Assembly: GCA_963750165.1 (NCBI GenBank)
Contig: CAVVPN010000003.1
Coordinates: forward strand, 2,016,001 to 2,080,000
From: an uncultured Gemmataceae bacterium
Lineage (GTDB): Bacteria; Planctomycetota; Planctomycetia; Gemmatales; Gemmataceae
Direction: 5' to 3'
Length of the DNA stretch: 64,000 bases
Within the stretch, counting starts at the first letter, position 1, and each line of letters begins with the position of its first letter. The notes under the pieces are model-generated. The model was not told the origin of the DNA. It worked only from the letters and a program-made list of their open reading frames with translations, and made no database searches. Both the position numbers and the translations under genes were made by a program. Positions 8,243 through 18,330 of this stretch are shown piece by piece.

Positions 8243-11200
8243 TCACGTCGCCTTCTCCGGGACGCTCGCCAGTATTTCCTGCACCTTCTCGAACTTGGCG
8301 GGTTTGACCAGGAAGTGATCGAACCCGGCTTCCTGCGAACGCCGCCGGTCTGACTCCTTCCCGTAGCCCGTCATGGCAACCAGGACGACCCTCTGGAAAA
8401 CCGGTTGCTGACGCATCCTCTTCGCTACCTCATAACCGTCGAGCCCCGGCAAGCCAATGTCCAACAGGGCCACGTGAGGCCGGTAGTCGAGGGCCGCTTC
8501 CAGCGCGGTCGGGCCGTCTGGAGCCGTCCGAACATCATGCCCTGACTCCGTCAAGAGCAGCGCTAAACTCGCAGCCGTATCTGCGTTGTCATCAACCACC
8601 AGCACCCGCAAGGATGGTCCGGTCGGTTTGGCCGTTTCAGTAGGAGGCGACGGCGGCTGCGGTTCGGCTGTCAGCACCACCGGCAGGCGCACGACGAACT
8701 CGCTGCCTTGCCCCAAAGCACTGGAGGCCGCCACCTTTCCTCCGTGCATTGCCACAATCCGTTGCACCAACGCCAGCCCAATGCCCAACCCGCCTTGCGA
8801 GCGGGCCAGGGATCGTTCGGCTTGCGTGAACAAGTCGAAGATGCGTGGCAGGAGGTCGGGGGCGATGCCGACGCCCGAATCCCGCACTTGCAGCACAGCT
8901 TCATTGCCCTCTTGTTGAAGGCTCAGCCCAATCTGACCGCCTTCGTCCGTGTATTTCGCGGCGTTGTTGAGCAGGTTAACGACCACCTGGACCAGACGGG
9001 TCGAGTCGCCGTCGATCCAAATGGGCGAAGGCGGGAGATGCACGGCGAGGGTGTGCCGACGCTGCTCGATCATGGAACGAACCGTCTCTACGCCATCTTC
9101 CACAATGGCCCGCATGTCCAATTGCTCCCGCCGGAGATGAATCCTACCCGTCGAAAAGCGGGACACTTCCAAAAGATCATCGACCAGATGGACCAGTTGC
9201 CCAACTTGACGCTCAATGATCATCCCGGCCTGTTGCAGAAGCCCGCTCTCGCCCCGCCGAAGCTGAAGAAGTTGCACAGCGTTCAAGATGGGGGCAAGGG
9301 GGTTGCGGAGTTCGTGCGACAGCATCGCCAAGAACTCGTCCTTGCGGCGGTCGGAGTCCCGTAGCTTGTTCAGCAGCCGCAGCCGCTCGTAGGCCACCGC
9401 GACGTAGTGGGCGACGGTTTGCAGAACGGCCAGTTCGTCGGGATCGAACTCGTCCCTCGTCCGGCTGGCGAAGGAGAGCGTGCCGATCAGCAGTTTGTCG
9501 GACATCAGCGGGTTGCAGGCGTAAGCCCGGAGGCCGAACGACTTGGCCAACTGGGCCTTCGGGTCGTCGGTCTGCTGGATGTGGGTCGCCACGATGGGCT
9601 GGCGCTGCAAGGCCACCATGCCGCAGATGTGTTGGCCGAACTTCAGCCGCTCGATGGAACGGGCCGTGTCTTCGGGGATGCCGACGTACGATGCCAGCCG
9701 CAGGGCATCGCCGCTATCGTCCACCATGTAATTGAAGTAAGCGTCCACGCCAAGCGGCGGGCCGATCTTGTCGAGCAGGCCGTGCAGCATGGCGTCTGGG
9801 GCGCCGGTGGACAGCAGCACTCCCGCCGCCTCCCAGAGGAGATGCAACCGCTCGTTCTGGGTCTTGACGGCGGCTTCGGCGCGCTTGCGGTCGGTCATGT
9901 CCACCAGCATCACGACCACGCCGTCAATCTTGTTCTCCAGGGTCCGATACGGGCGAAGGCGCAAGGAGTACCAGCGGCCGCCCTTGTCCCGGACATCACA
10001 CTCCTTGGTGCTGACCGTGTCGAACACCTCCGCCAGGAGCAGCTCCAGGTCGGGGAGGTCGTCGAGGTTGTGCATGATGTCGGCCAACGGCCGGCCCAGG
10101 GCGGCGGGGCCAAGGTTAAGCAGCTTCTCCGCTGCCGGCGTGAACCGCCGCACACACAGGTCCGGCCCAAGCATGACGATGGCCATCTGGACGCTGCCGA
10201 GCAGGTTGACGAGGTCGTTGTTGACCCGGTTCAGCTCCGCGTTGCGGTTGTTCAGCTCGTCGTTGACGGTGGCCAGCTCTTCGTTGCTCGACTGGATCTC
10301 CTCCTTGGAGGTTTCCAGCTCTTCGTTCGTGCTTTGCAGCTCTTCGTTGGCCGACTGGACCTCCTCGTTGGCGGATTGCAGTTCCTCGTTGGCGGCCTCC
10401 TGCTGCTCGATCAACGATTGCAGATACTCGCGCGTGGCGGATAACTCTTGCGCCAGGCGTGCGTTGTCAGGGTCTGGCGAGCCGGGTTGCGTTTGCACCC
10501 GGAGCGCTGCTTCGCTCGCATCTCCTGCGAGAGCTGACGGCGCCTTGCTCGCCTGGGACGAATCTTCGAACAGGACCAGGAAGCCGCCTTCCTTTCCCCC
10601 GCTACCCTTAATCGGAATCACTTCGATAGCGACCTCGCGGTAGCCGCCGTTGGACTTGACGCGCAAGCCCTCCTCCCGCACCGGAGCCTGCTCCTTGCCC
10701 GCCCGGAGGACGGCCGCGCGGACGGCGACGAGCAGTCCTTCACGGAGCATCTTCAGCAGGCTCAGGCTGGCCTTGCCGGGGGACGGCGCCAGGTACGGGC
10801 CGGTGTCGCCGCGGTATTGCAGGATGTCCAGGTCGGCGGTGACGAGCACGCCGGGCGGGGCGAACTTGGCCGAGAGGACGCGGTCCGCCTCCCGGTGCAG
10901 GTCCGCGCCGTCGTTCGGCCGCGCCGTGATGGGCGTGAACGGGGACTGTAGTGCCCCGCCGTGTTGCAGTGGGAAATGGCCGTGCCCCGGACCGGAACCC
11001 GGTTTCCTGGAGTAGATCTTGTGCTTGGCATCCTCCGCCTCGAACAGGTTCCGGTAGGTGCCGATCGTCTCCGAGCCGCCCAGCCACAGGCAACCCGCCG
11101 GCTTGAGCGCATAGTGCAGGGTCGGCACGATCTTCTGTTGCAGCACCGGCTCCAGGTAGATGAGCAGGTTGCGGCAGCTAATCAGGTCGATGCGCGAGAA

Positions 11201-12472
11201 AGGCGGGTCGGCCAGCACGTTGTGCCGGGAGAAGACGCAGGCATCGCGGATCGACTTGCTGATCCGGTAGCTGCCGTCCACCTCGGTGAAGAATCGCCGC
11301 AGGCGTTCCGGCGAAACGTCCTGGGCGATGTCCTTTGAGTAGACGCCCGCGCGGGCTTTCTCGATGCCCGCGGGGTTCAGGTCGGTGGCGAAGAGCTGGA
11401 GCGGCACGGAGCTGCCCGCGGCCTCGGCGGCCTCCGCGAACACCATTGCCAGGGAGTACGCTTCCTGCCCGGTCGAGCAGCCAAGCGTCCAGAGCCGCAC
11501 CGGGTCCTGCCGGGACCGGTCTTTGAGCAAGCGAGGGAACACTTTGCTTTTGAGCGCCTCGAACGACTCCTTGTCGCGGAAGAAGCTGGTGACGCTGATC
11601 AGGATGTCCTGGTACAGGGCGTCCACTTCGGCCGGCGTCTCGCGCAGGAACCGCACGTATTCGGGCAGCGTGTCCATCTTCTGAAAGACCATGCGGCGGG
11701 TGACGCGGCGGAAGAGGGTGTTGAACTTGTAGTGGGTGAAATCGACGCCGGTGGCGTGGTGGAGCAGTTGCACGACCTCGGCGAGGTTCGGCTTGTCGTC
11801 CGTCTCCCGGGCCTCCGCCACCGGCGCCGCATACGGGTGTTGACTGATGCGGACGATCTCCCGGGCGATCCCGTCCGGAGGCAGCACGAAGTCCACGCAC
11901 CCGGAGGCGATGGCGCTGTGCGGCATCCCCTCGTGCTGGGCCGTCGCGTCCTGGGCGAAGGTGATGCCGCCCTCCCCCTTGATCGCTTCCAGGCCGACGG
12001 TTCCGTCCGAGGCCGTGCCGGACAGAACCACACCGATGGCCTGGTGCCGCCGGTCTTCCGCCAGCGCGCGGAAGAACTGATCCACCGGCCGGTGCAGCCC
12101 GCCCTCGCGCGGCAGGAGCTGCAACGCCCCGCGGACGAGGATCATGCTTCGGTCAGGCGGGATTACGTAGACGTGGTTCGGCTCGACCGTCGCCTCTTCG
12201 TTAACCTCCATGACCGGCATTTTCGTTGCCCGCGACAGGATTTCCGCCAGGGCGCTGGGATGCGTGGGCGCCAGGTGCTGCACCAGGACGAAGGCCATGC
12301 CGGTATCGGCCGGCAGCGCCTTGAGCAGTTGCGTGAACGCCTCCAGCCCGCCGGCCGAGGCGCCGACGCCGACAATCGGGAACGCCTCGCCTTCGACCAG
12401 CACGTCGCATTCGTCCGCGGCATCGTTCGCCGCCGGCGATTCAGGAAGTTGGTCGGCTGGCGTTTTTGTCAT
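8243..12472 (-). CDS. CheB-CheR-coiled coil-PAS-GAF hybrid histidine kinase with C-terminal REC
   Basis: GASAGG, QHL, LSGTASDG (CheB); VTSFFRD, GCSTGQEAYS, CRNLLIY (CheR); EELQSANEE coil; SHELRNPL H-box; NAAKYT, DSGVG, GLGIGL; REC domain. Start uncertain. Confidence 0.93.
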   Translation of the reverse strand: MTKTPADQLPESPAANDAADECDVLVEGEAFPIVGVGASAGGLEAFTQLLKALPADTGMAFVLVQHLAPTHPSALAEILSRATKMPVMEVNEEATVEPNHVYVIPPDRSMILVRGALQLLPREGGLHRPVDQFFRALAEDRRHQAIGVVLSGTASDGTVGLEAIKGEGGITFAQDATAQHEGMPHSAIASGCVDFVLPPDGIAREIVRISQHPYAAPVAEARETDDKPNLAEVVQLLHHATGVDFTHYKFNTLFRRVTRRMVFQKMDTLPEYVRFLRETPAEVDALYQDILISVTSFFRDKESFEALKSKVFPRLLKDRSRQDPVRLWTLGCSTGQEAYSLAMVFAEAAEAAGSSVPLQLFATDLNPAGIEKARAGVYSKDIAQDVSPERLRRFFTEVDGSYRISKSIRDACVFSRHNVLADPPFSRIDLISCRNLLIYLEPVLQQKIVPTLHYALKPAGCLWLGGSETIGTYRNLFEAEDAKHKIYSRKPGSGPGHGHFPLQHGGALQSPFTPITARPNDGADLHREADRVLSAKFAPPGVLVTADLDILQYRGDTGPYLAPSPGKASLSLLKMLREGLLVAVRAAVLRAGKEQAPVREEGLRVKSNGGYREVAIEVIPIKGSGGKEGGFLVLFEDSSQASKAPSALAGDASEAALRVQTQPGSPDPDNARLAQELSATREYLQSLIEQQEAANEELQSANEEVQSANEELQSTNEELETSKEEIQSSNEELATVNDELNNRNAELNRVNNDLVNLLGSVQMAIVMLGPDLCVRRFTPAAEKLLNLGPAALGRPLADIMHNLDDLPDLELLLAEVFDTVSTKECDVRDKGGRWYSLRLRPYRTLENKIDGVVVMLVDMTDRKRAEAAVKTQNERLHLLWEAAGVLLSTGAPDAMLHGLLDKIGPPLGVDAYFNYMVDDSGDALRLASYVGIPEDTARSIERLKFGQHICGMVALQRQPIVATHIQQTDDPKAQLAKSFGLRAYACNPLMSDKLLIGTLSFASRTRDEFDPDELAVLQTVAHYVAVAYERLRLLNKLRDSDRRKDEFLAMLSHELRNPLAPILNAVQLLQLRRGESGLLQQAGMIIERQVGQLVHLVDDLLEVSRFSTGRIHLRREQLDMRAIVEDGVETVRSMIEQRRHTLAVHLPPSPIWIDGDSTRLVQVVVNLLNNAAKYTDEGGQIGLSLQQEGNEAVLQVRDSGVGIAPDLLPRIFDLFTQAERSLARSQGGLGIGLALVQRIVAMHGGKVAASSALGQGSEFVVRLPVVLTAEPQPPSPPTETAKPTGPSLRVLVVDDNADTAASLALLLTESGHDVRTAPDGPTALEAALDYRPHVALLDIGLPGLDGYEVAKRMRQQPVFQRVVLVAMTGYGKESDRRRSQEAGFDHFLVKPAKFEKVQEILASVPEKAT

Positions 12473-12725
12473 GGGGAGTTCTCCGTCGGCAGTGCCGCTG
12501 CCAGTGCCGTCGCCAGCACTGCCACGAGTCGCCCCCCCCCCACCTGAATTTGTGTACATCATCGTTTCCACGGCTGTATTCCCTTCAACCACCTGGCGAC
12601 GACAAGAGGAAGAAATGCGATCAGTATATCGGATCGTGCCGCTGACGGACACGCTCGCCACGGGCGGTCCACGGCGCTCGCGCATTGGGAACAGGTGATG
12701 GGGCAGGCGAAAAAGTGCGTTAAGC

Positions 12726-13130
12726 ATGATCCGAAGTAAAAGTAACCAAACCGCAGAGAAACGGGTCGCCAGCGTCTTGATCGTTGATGATCACCCGGCC
12801 GTCCGCGAGGCCCTAACCATCCGATTGTCTCGCGAACGCGACCTGGACGTTTGCGGCGACGCAGCCGATGTCACCGAAGCCTTACGGGTGTTCGACGCCA
12901 CCAACCCCGATGTGGCCGTCATCGACATCTCGCTCAAGGGCGGCGACGGCATCGACCTGATCAAGCGGATCAAGGCACGCAACGATTCCGGCTGTTGATT
13001 TGGTCCATGTATAGCGAGAAGCGAGAGCCTCTGTGCCGAGCGGGCTTTGCCAGCCGGAGCGCTGGGCTACATCAACTAAGGAACAGGCGACCGATCAGAT
13101 CATCTTGGCGATTCGCCGCGTGCCGTACAG
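12726..13130 (+). pseudogene. NarL-type response regulator remnant
   Basis: VLIVDDHPAVREAL...DISLKGGDGIDLIKRIK, then several indels; fragments WSMYSE, GALGYIN, EQATDQII; no LuxR HTH. Confidence 0.8.
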
Positions 13131-13379
13131 AAGCGATGAGCTTTCAGGTAGGGACGGTGCGGCCCGGTCGGCATAACGCTTGTAGGGCCTTTCTGTGGAC
13201 CTGCAAAGGGCTATTGGATTGCAGGGTTCGGTACTCTTTCGGTGGGTGAAGGGTGGACTCTGTGGCGCGGCCTTTTTGTCCCGGTGGCTGTTTCGGCGAG
13301 CCCCTCGTTGCTTCCGTGCGGTACAGGCCAGGCTCTCGCGCCGGTGCAGTACAGGACACTTAACGATTGGGAGGTTGCC

Positions 13380-13760
13380 ATGAAGACGCAGGGTGAAATC
13401 GAAGCCGGCATCTGCGAAGGCATGGCGCGGTTTGAGCAGGAATACATGGGCAGGGGGCCCAAGGACATTCACGCCCACCTGATCGGTGACCTGCTCGTGG
13501 TCCGCCTCCAGGGCGTCCTGACCGCGGCCGAACAGCAACTGGTCAAGACGCTGCCGGCCGGGAAGGGGCGGAACCTGCTCAAAGAAGTCCGGACGCAGCT
13601 GATAGAAACGGCGCGACCGGTCCTGGAAGCGCTGGTCCAGGAGGTCACCGGCGTCAAGGTGTTGAGCCTGCACCACGACATCAGCACTGTTACCGGCGAA
13701 GAGATCGTGCTCTTCACCCTGGCCGGATCGCCTGCGTTCCGGGAAACGAAGAAGAAATAG
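13380..13760 (+). CDS. DUF2294 / MpsC-family protein, near-identical to 5192-5572
   Basis: Same length (126 aa) with about ten substitutions; GGAGG RBS. Confidence 0.9.
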   Translation: MKTQGEIEAGICEGMARFEQEYMGRGPKDIHAHLIGDLLVVRLQGVLTAAEQQLVKTLPAGKGRNLLKEVRTQLIETARPVLEALVQEVTGVKVLSLHHDISTVTGEEIVLFTLAGSPAFRETKKK

Positions 13761-14410
13761 GCCCTTCAAAGGCTGCCACAAACATTTGTCGTCTGTGACC
13801 AAGGCGAGACTTCTGGCGGGTGAGTTCCTTGCCGCCCCGGGCCATCGGCTCGGCCGCCTCGGTGTCGTGGGTTTGGTCTCCTCCGCGCCGCTGGTACTTT
13901 GGTGGTACTTTGGTGGTTGCGGGCTTTAGCGGGCCCGACAAGCGGCGCCGATCTTGCAGATGATATAGCGTGCGGCCCCCAACGCGCGACGGTACAACAC
14001 CAGCTTTGCTGATCAACACCTCGGGAAGGCCTCGGGAAGGCCCGGGGCAAAGTGAACGCAAGCACCCAGCCGGATTCCGACGGTGACCAGCCAAATCCAG
14101 ATCAGGCGGGCTGCGCGCTTGTCGGTGGGAGTACGAGGCGCCCTTCGACGCCGCACCTATTCATAGCATCGACGACGGTATACCTTCGAGCACGGCGCTG
14201 GCCGGTCCAAGCGACCGCCTGAATCCAGGTCAGGCGCGCCTTCCTTGTCAGACATAGAGAAGGGCATTGCCTGGCGCGTCTCGGTCAAGGAGATTGGACA
14301 GCCGAAGTGGGACCGAGGTACTTCATCCGGGCGAACTCATCCCGGCCTCTGAAGAATTGCCGAGAGCTTTTCCTCACCAGCCCTGCGAGACAAAATGGTA
14401 AAGCAGAGGG

Positions 14411-14826
14411 TCATTCGGCCGGCCTCACCTTGTGGGCCAGCAGGGTGTCGCTCGCCACATCCTGGCCGTTCGCTAGTAGGGCCACCTCGTATTTCCCCGG
14501 TCCCGGAATCTGCATCGGCAGATGGTGGAGGGGAATCATCCAAATCTGAAGAGGGTCGTGAGTCTCGAACGGTGCCTCCAGCTTGCAGCTAAAGAGGAAG
14601 TCCCCCTCAAGAACCCCTCAAGGGTCCGCAGCTGCACCTCGACGACGTATGAGCCGTGAGCGTTCGTCCAGCGGGCGACGACCCCGAAGTCTTCGGTCAG
14701 AGGATAGCGAGCGGAAAAAACCTGATGAACCGGCGAGACGATGGTGCAGTCCTGCCGAGCGGGATCGACGAAAAGGTCACGGCAGGGTACGAAGCACCTG
14801 CACCCTGGAGTCGGTCGGCGTTCCAC
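14411..14826 (-). pseudogene. Ig-like (DUF6941-like) protein broken by an 11-bp duplication
   Basis: VERRPTPGCRCFVPCRDLFVD...VQLRTLEG | DFLFSCKLEAPFETHDPLQ...PGPGKYEVALLANG; removing 11 nt at 14603-14622 gives a 135-codon frame. Confidence 0.6.
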
Positions 14827-15329
14827 GGCTACGGCCTCTGAAGGAACTGACCCAGTTCCTTCTGGAAGGGGAACCCGCTCGGCGGGTTTTCGGGGCTCCG
14901 AAGAAGGTTGAGGACGGGCAACTCCATCGTTTTCGCCACGCCCCCTCGGCGAACGCTTCCTCGACTTCGTACTCGCAAAGTTTGTGAACGAAACCCGCGA
15001 GATGCCGTTATCAGCTGGTTCTCCCAGGTTTCTCGGCGTCGCCCGCGTTAACAAGATGTCATCGTTATCAACGTGATAACGCCACAAGCCGCACGGAAAG
15101 GCCGGTACCGCCTACAGTTGCATACCTGGGCGAGCGATTTCGTTCCCGCGGCGGTGCACGGGTGTGGGATTACAGTTCGGTATCAGTGAGAACTCTCGTC
15201 GTGAATGATTGAGGGGTATCGACAGTCGATATGGTGCATGGGTCAACAACGCAAAAACGCGCCGGGAAAGAGGATAACCGACCGAAAACCGGGTTCCGCC
15301 CGAAGCCTCGCCTCGGGCGGAACCCATCT

Positions 15330-15815
15330 TCAGAGTAACCCGTGTTCCGCAAAACTGTAGGCACCGTCTCTCCCAAGGATAATGTGGTCGAGAAGTGGAA
15401 TTCGGAGAAGCTCTCCAGCTTCTTTCAGTTTTCTCGTCATGGCTTTGTCCTCGGGTGAAGGCGAGAGCGAACCAGCGGGATGGTTATGCGCCACAATAAT
15501 CCGAGTCGCCGCCGTCTGGAGCGCCACTCCGAACACAATTCGTGGATCGACCGCAGCATAATCGAGCCCGCCCGTCGCCACTCGTACCCAGCCCAAAGGC
15601 TCAACTGCGTTATTGAGGCAAAGCACAACAAAGTCTTCCGCGTACTCGATTCGGTCCTTGTCCCAGACGGACCGCAAATACTCCTCCGCCGTCTGTGGCG
15701 TCGAGCACACCCAGGGCATCCTCACCTGCCCGGTCTCAGCCTTCCTAATCCTCTTGTACGACACCTTGAGTTCAGCGAGCCTCGCACTCCGTTCAAACGT
15801 CTTTAGCACGATCAT
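15330..15815 (-). CDS. radC: RadC-like JAB-domain protein
   Basis: EDFVVLCLN...VDPR...IVAHNHPAG.LSPSPED...LLDHIILG. Confidence 0.93.
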   Translation of the reverse strand: MIVLKTFERSARLAELKVSYKRIRKAETGQVRMPWVCSTPQTAEEYLRSVWDKDRIEYAEDFVVLCLNNAVEPLGWVRVATGGLDYAAVDPRIVFGVALQTAATRIIVAHNHPAGSLSPSPEDKAMTRKLKEAGELLRIPLLDHIILGRDGAYSFAEHGLL

Positions 15816-15873
15816 GATGAAATCCTCCGTGATGCAAGCCGGGGGTTCTCACCCCGGCTCCTCGTTTGTTTCG

Positions 15874-16251
15874 CTAGTCCTCGTCCGGAAGCATCACGGT
15901 GATGCACGGCGATGCGTCGTCACTTGGTCCGCAGACGGCTTTCAGCGTCACGGGTTTCGGTTCCCCCTCGTCGTTTTGAACGAGGAGGCTGTAAAGAATT
16001 GTCGAAGCTTCCCAGCGGGAACGGCGCACCGCATCCCGGAGCATCCAGAGAATGTCCCAGAGTCGCCCGCGTTCATCCTGTCCGGTGACACCCTCCGGCA
16101 CCGTCACATACTTCCCGTAGGCCGTCCCGGTGATGGCGACCGGGAAGCGGATGCCCGCTTCCTTTGCCGTTTCCGTCACGTCGACAAGAACGCCGTCCGC
16201 AATCGCCTCTTTCCTCGTGTAAGCAAAGATAACGTTCCAATCATCTGACAT
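15874..16251 (-). CDS. DUF6573-family mobile-element protein
   Basis: IFAYTRKEAIADGVLVDV...QDERGRLWDILWM...CGPSD..PCITVMLPDED. Confidence 0.8.
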   Translation of the reverse strand: MSDDWNVIFAYTRKEAIADGVLVDVTETAKEAGIRFPVAITGTAYGKYVTVPEGVTGQDERGRLWDILWMLRDAVRRSRWEASTILYSLLVQNDEGEPKPVTLKAVCGPSDDASPCITVMLPDED

Positions 16252-16345
16252 GGTGGTTCTCCAAAGCGGGCCGACCTTCACCCGCCACCCGTGGCGGTCG
16301 ACCGCGGTTTCGAGCCTCCATCCCGGAAACCGGACTCCCGGAAGA

Positions 16346-16565
16346 GGAGGGGGCAGCGGGCTTCATTCGAAATTGCTCATGAAGCCCGCTGCCCCCTCCG
16401 ACGGGAGTTAAAAAACAAAGCCTCGGGCCTTCAGGCCCGAGACGATATAGTGCGACGGCTCAAGCGTCCTCCGGGTGCGGAGCAAAGCAAGGGGCGTGAC
16501 AGGCAAAGCCTGGCGCGACCGTTGCTGCGGAGTGCCCGGAGGACGCGCCGGCCGTCGCCAAAAAA
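16346..16565 (+). promoter_or_regulatory. Structured leader element, copy A (ssDNA promoter candidate)
   Basis: Perfect 21-bp inverted repeat 16346-16366/16379-16399 with a 12-nt loop; second nested hairpin ~16452-16560. Confidence 0.55.
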
Positions 16566-16605
16566 ACCACTTCCCTCAATTGATTCTCGGAAGAGACTCG
16601 AAGTG

Positions 16606-16836
16606 CTACTCGCCCAGTAACCGCTCAATGACCGCGTCTCCCTCGGATGGCTCCATTCCTCGATTGACGTAGTCGGTGAAGTCCACAACGGCACCGAGGA
16701 AACGGGACCTGGCCTCGCGGTCCATTTGCTCGTACCGGATTCTCTTTTCAGTCCCGTCTTCTTGGGGAATGACTTGGGCTCCTTCGGCAATTGCCGCCGT
16801 CAATTCCCGCGTAAATTCTTCGATAAGTGTGTCCAT
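16606..16836 (-). CDS. Hypothetical protein
   Basis: GGAGGAG RBS; 76 aa; co-oriented with neighbours. Confidence 0.6.
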   Translation of the reverse strand: MDTLIEEFTRELTAAIAEGAQVIPQEDGTEKRIRYEQMDREARSRFLGAVVDFTDYVNRGMEPSEGDAVIERLLGE

Positions 16837-16918
16837 GCTCCTCCTTGGTTAATTGGGACCACACCACTAACAAAGGCCGACTATCGGCCGCTTTCTGTGG
16901 CGGCGGTCCCGAAAAGCC

Positions 16919-17125
16919 TCACTTTCGCCTGCTTCCTCGAATCGGCCTCGCCGTATCCTGCACTACGCTGTCCAGCCATCCGCGAAGGAAGCAAATATCA
17001 CCGTAAATGTGATTTGCCCGGTCGTGTTCAGGCGCACGTTGGTAGTCCTTCTCTTCGTCCAATTCGAGGTAATTCAGAAGCCTCGTCAACGTGTCGATTA
17101 CTTCGGGGGTAATTTTCTGCTGCAT
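16919..17125 (-). CDS. Hypothetical protein
   Basis: AAGGAG RBS; MQQKITPEVIDTLTRLLNYLELDEEKDY...HIY. Confidence 0.6.
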   Translation of the reverse strand: MQQKITPEVIDTLTRLLNYLELDEEKDYQRAPEHDRANHIYGDICFLRGWLDSVVQDTARPIRGSRRK

Positions 17126-17191
17126 GCTGCTCCTTGCCGGAAAATGGCCGGGGGGATTTCTCTCCAGATATGTCTCCCCCGGCACGTTCAT

Positions 17192-17992
17192 TTACTGCAC
17201 GGCCTTTTCAAGCTCCTCCGCGAGCCGCCAAAGCTCCCGGTTTATCCGCAGGTCCTCGTCGATGTTTTTCACGGCTCGGCTGCGGAAGCGGCGTCCATCG
17301 CTCCGAACGTTCGGAACTCCTCCTCGCATCAGATTCTCTTGCACCGAGTTCAGCACGTTCCAAAGGGTCGGCTCCGTCTGCTCGAACCGGCGCGGCAAAA
17401 GAACCTCCTTCGGGTCAACCTCGACGGCCTGGGGGTCGAAGCGGAGCGAAATTGCGGCGTCGGCGAAGGCGAACTGCTCATCAAGCTTGAGTCGAATTCC
17501 CCTCCAGCGTTCCCGCTGCTCGAAGGTCGCGGGAATCGACGCCGTGAAATGCCTGACGGCTCCCTCAACGAAAAAAGCCACGTCCCCGACGTGCGGAATT
17601 GAGAGACGGTCTTGAACCTCCCGCCAGACGACGAGACCATTTCCGCACACAAATTCGAGAAGCCCCGAGAATAGGTGCAAGCTCGATTGTCCGTTGTGGG
17701 CGTGCTTCACGAGGATTTCCGGGGCGGCGTCCTTACTCCGAAGTTCGGCGTGTTGAAGCCGGACCATGTGCCCCTGGAAGCCCCGATTTTCAGGCTTTCT
17801 GACACGGGCCTCGATGACGGAGGCGGGGTGCCAGTCGAATTCCGCGAAGGCGTCCAGAACCTCCTTCGTGCTGATAAACCGATACTGCTCAGAGGTTTTC
17901 GAGGGGTGACGGTTTTCCTGCTGGACGGTGGCGAAATGCTCCACGTTCAGCGGAGAATATTCGAGGACAGTGGCGAATCGATTCGTTTGCAT
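17192..17992 (-). CDS. DUF932/DUF945-family protein
   Basis: SEQYRFIST...HMVRL...PEILVKHAHNGQSS...VCGNGLV...LWNVLNSVQENLMRGG...NRELW. Confidence 0.9.
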   Translation of the reverse strand: MQTNRFATVLEYSPLNVEHFATVQQENRHPSKTSEQYRFISTKEVLDAFAEFDWHPASVIEARVRKPENRGFQGHMVRLQHAELRSKDAAPEILVKHAHNGQSSLHLFSGLLEFVCGNGLVVWREVQDRLSIPHVGDVAFFVEGAVRHFTASIPATFEQRERWRGIRLKLDEQFAFADAAISLRFDPQAVEVDPKEVLLPRRFEQTEPTLWNVLNSVQENLMRGGVPNVRSDGRRFRSRAVKNIDEDLRINRELWRLAEELEKAVQ

Positions 17993-18032
17993 TTTCGTTC
18001 CTTCGGTTACGCCAACCCTCCCTCACCGGACT

Positions 18033-18270
18033 TTCGGGAAGGGGGGATCGACTGTTGTTTCGCCCCTTTTGAACAACAGTCGATCCCCCCTTCCCGAATA
18101 CGGCGAAGCCGACAATAATGCCGAGCGAAGCGAGACCGCTGGTTGCCGCCGGATCGGGCCGGAGACGGAAGCAGGAAGCATGACAGGGGTGCTGTTTCCC
18201 TGGCATGCTTCCTGCGTGTCGGAGGACCGACCGCCGGGAGAGAAAAAGGCCGGGCGAAGCCCGACCTCAG
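18033..18270 (+). promoter_or_regulatory. Structured leader element, copy B (ssDNA promoter candidate)
   Basis: Perfect 27-bp inverted repeat 18033-18059/18072-18098 with a 12-nt loop; GCGAAGC mini-hairpins; GCAGGAAGCATG...CATGCTTCCTGC stem. Confidence 0.6.
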
Positions 18271-18330
18271 AGAGGCTTTCCAGATGCGATGGCGAAGACC
18301 CTTCCGTGTGGTCTCAGCCATCGCGGCATG

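Noticed and set aside
10240..10400. 21-bp periodic repeats
   Set aside because: Encodes the standard EELQSANEE coiled coil of CheB/CheR kinases.
13893..13917. GGTACTTTGGT tandem repeat as an att or arm-type site marking the element boundary
   Set aside because: Only two copies; no matching partner site or tRNA found in the window.
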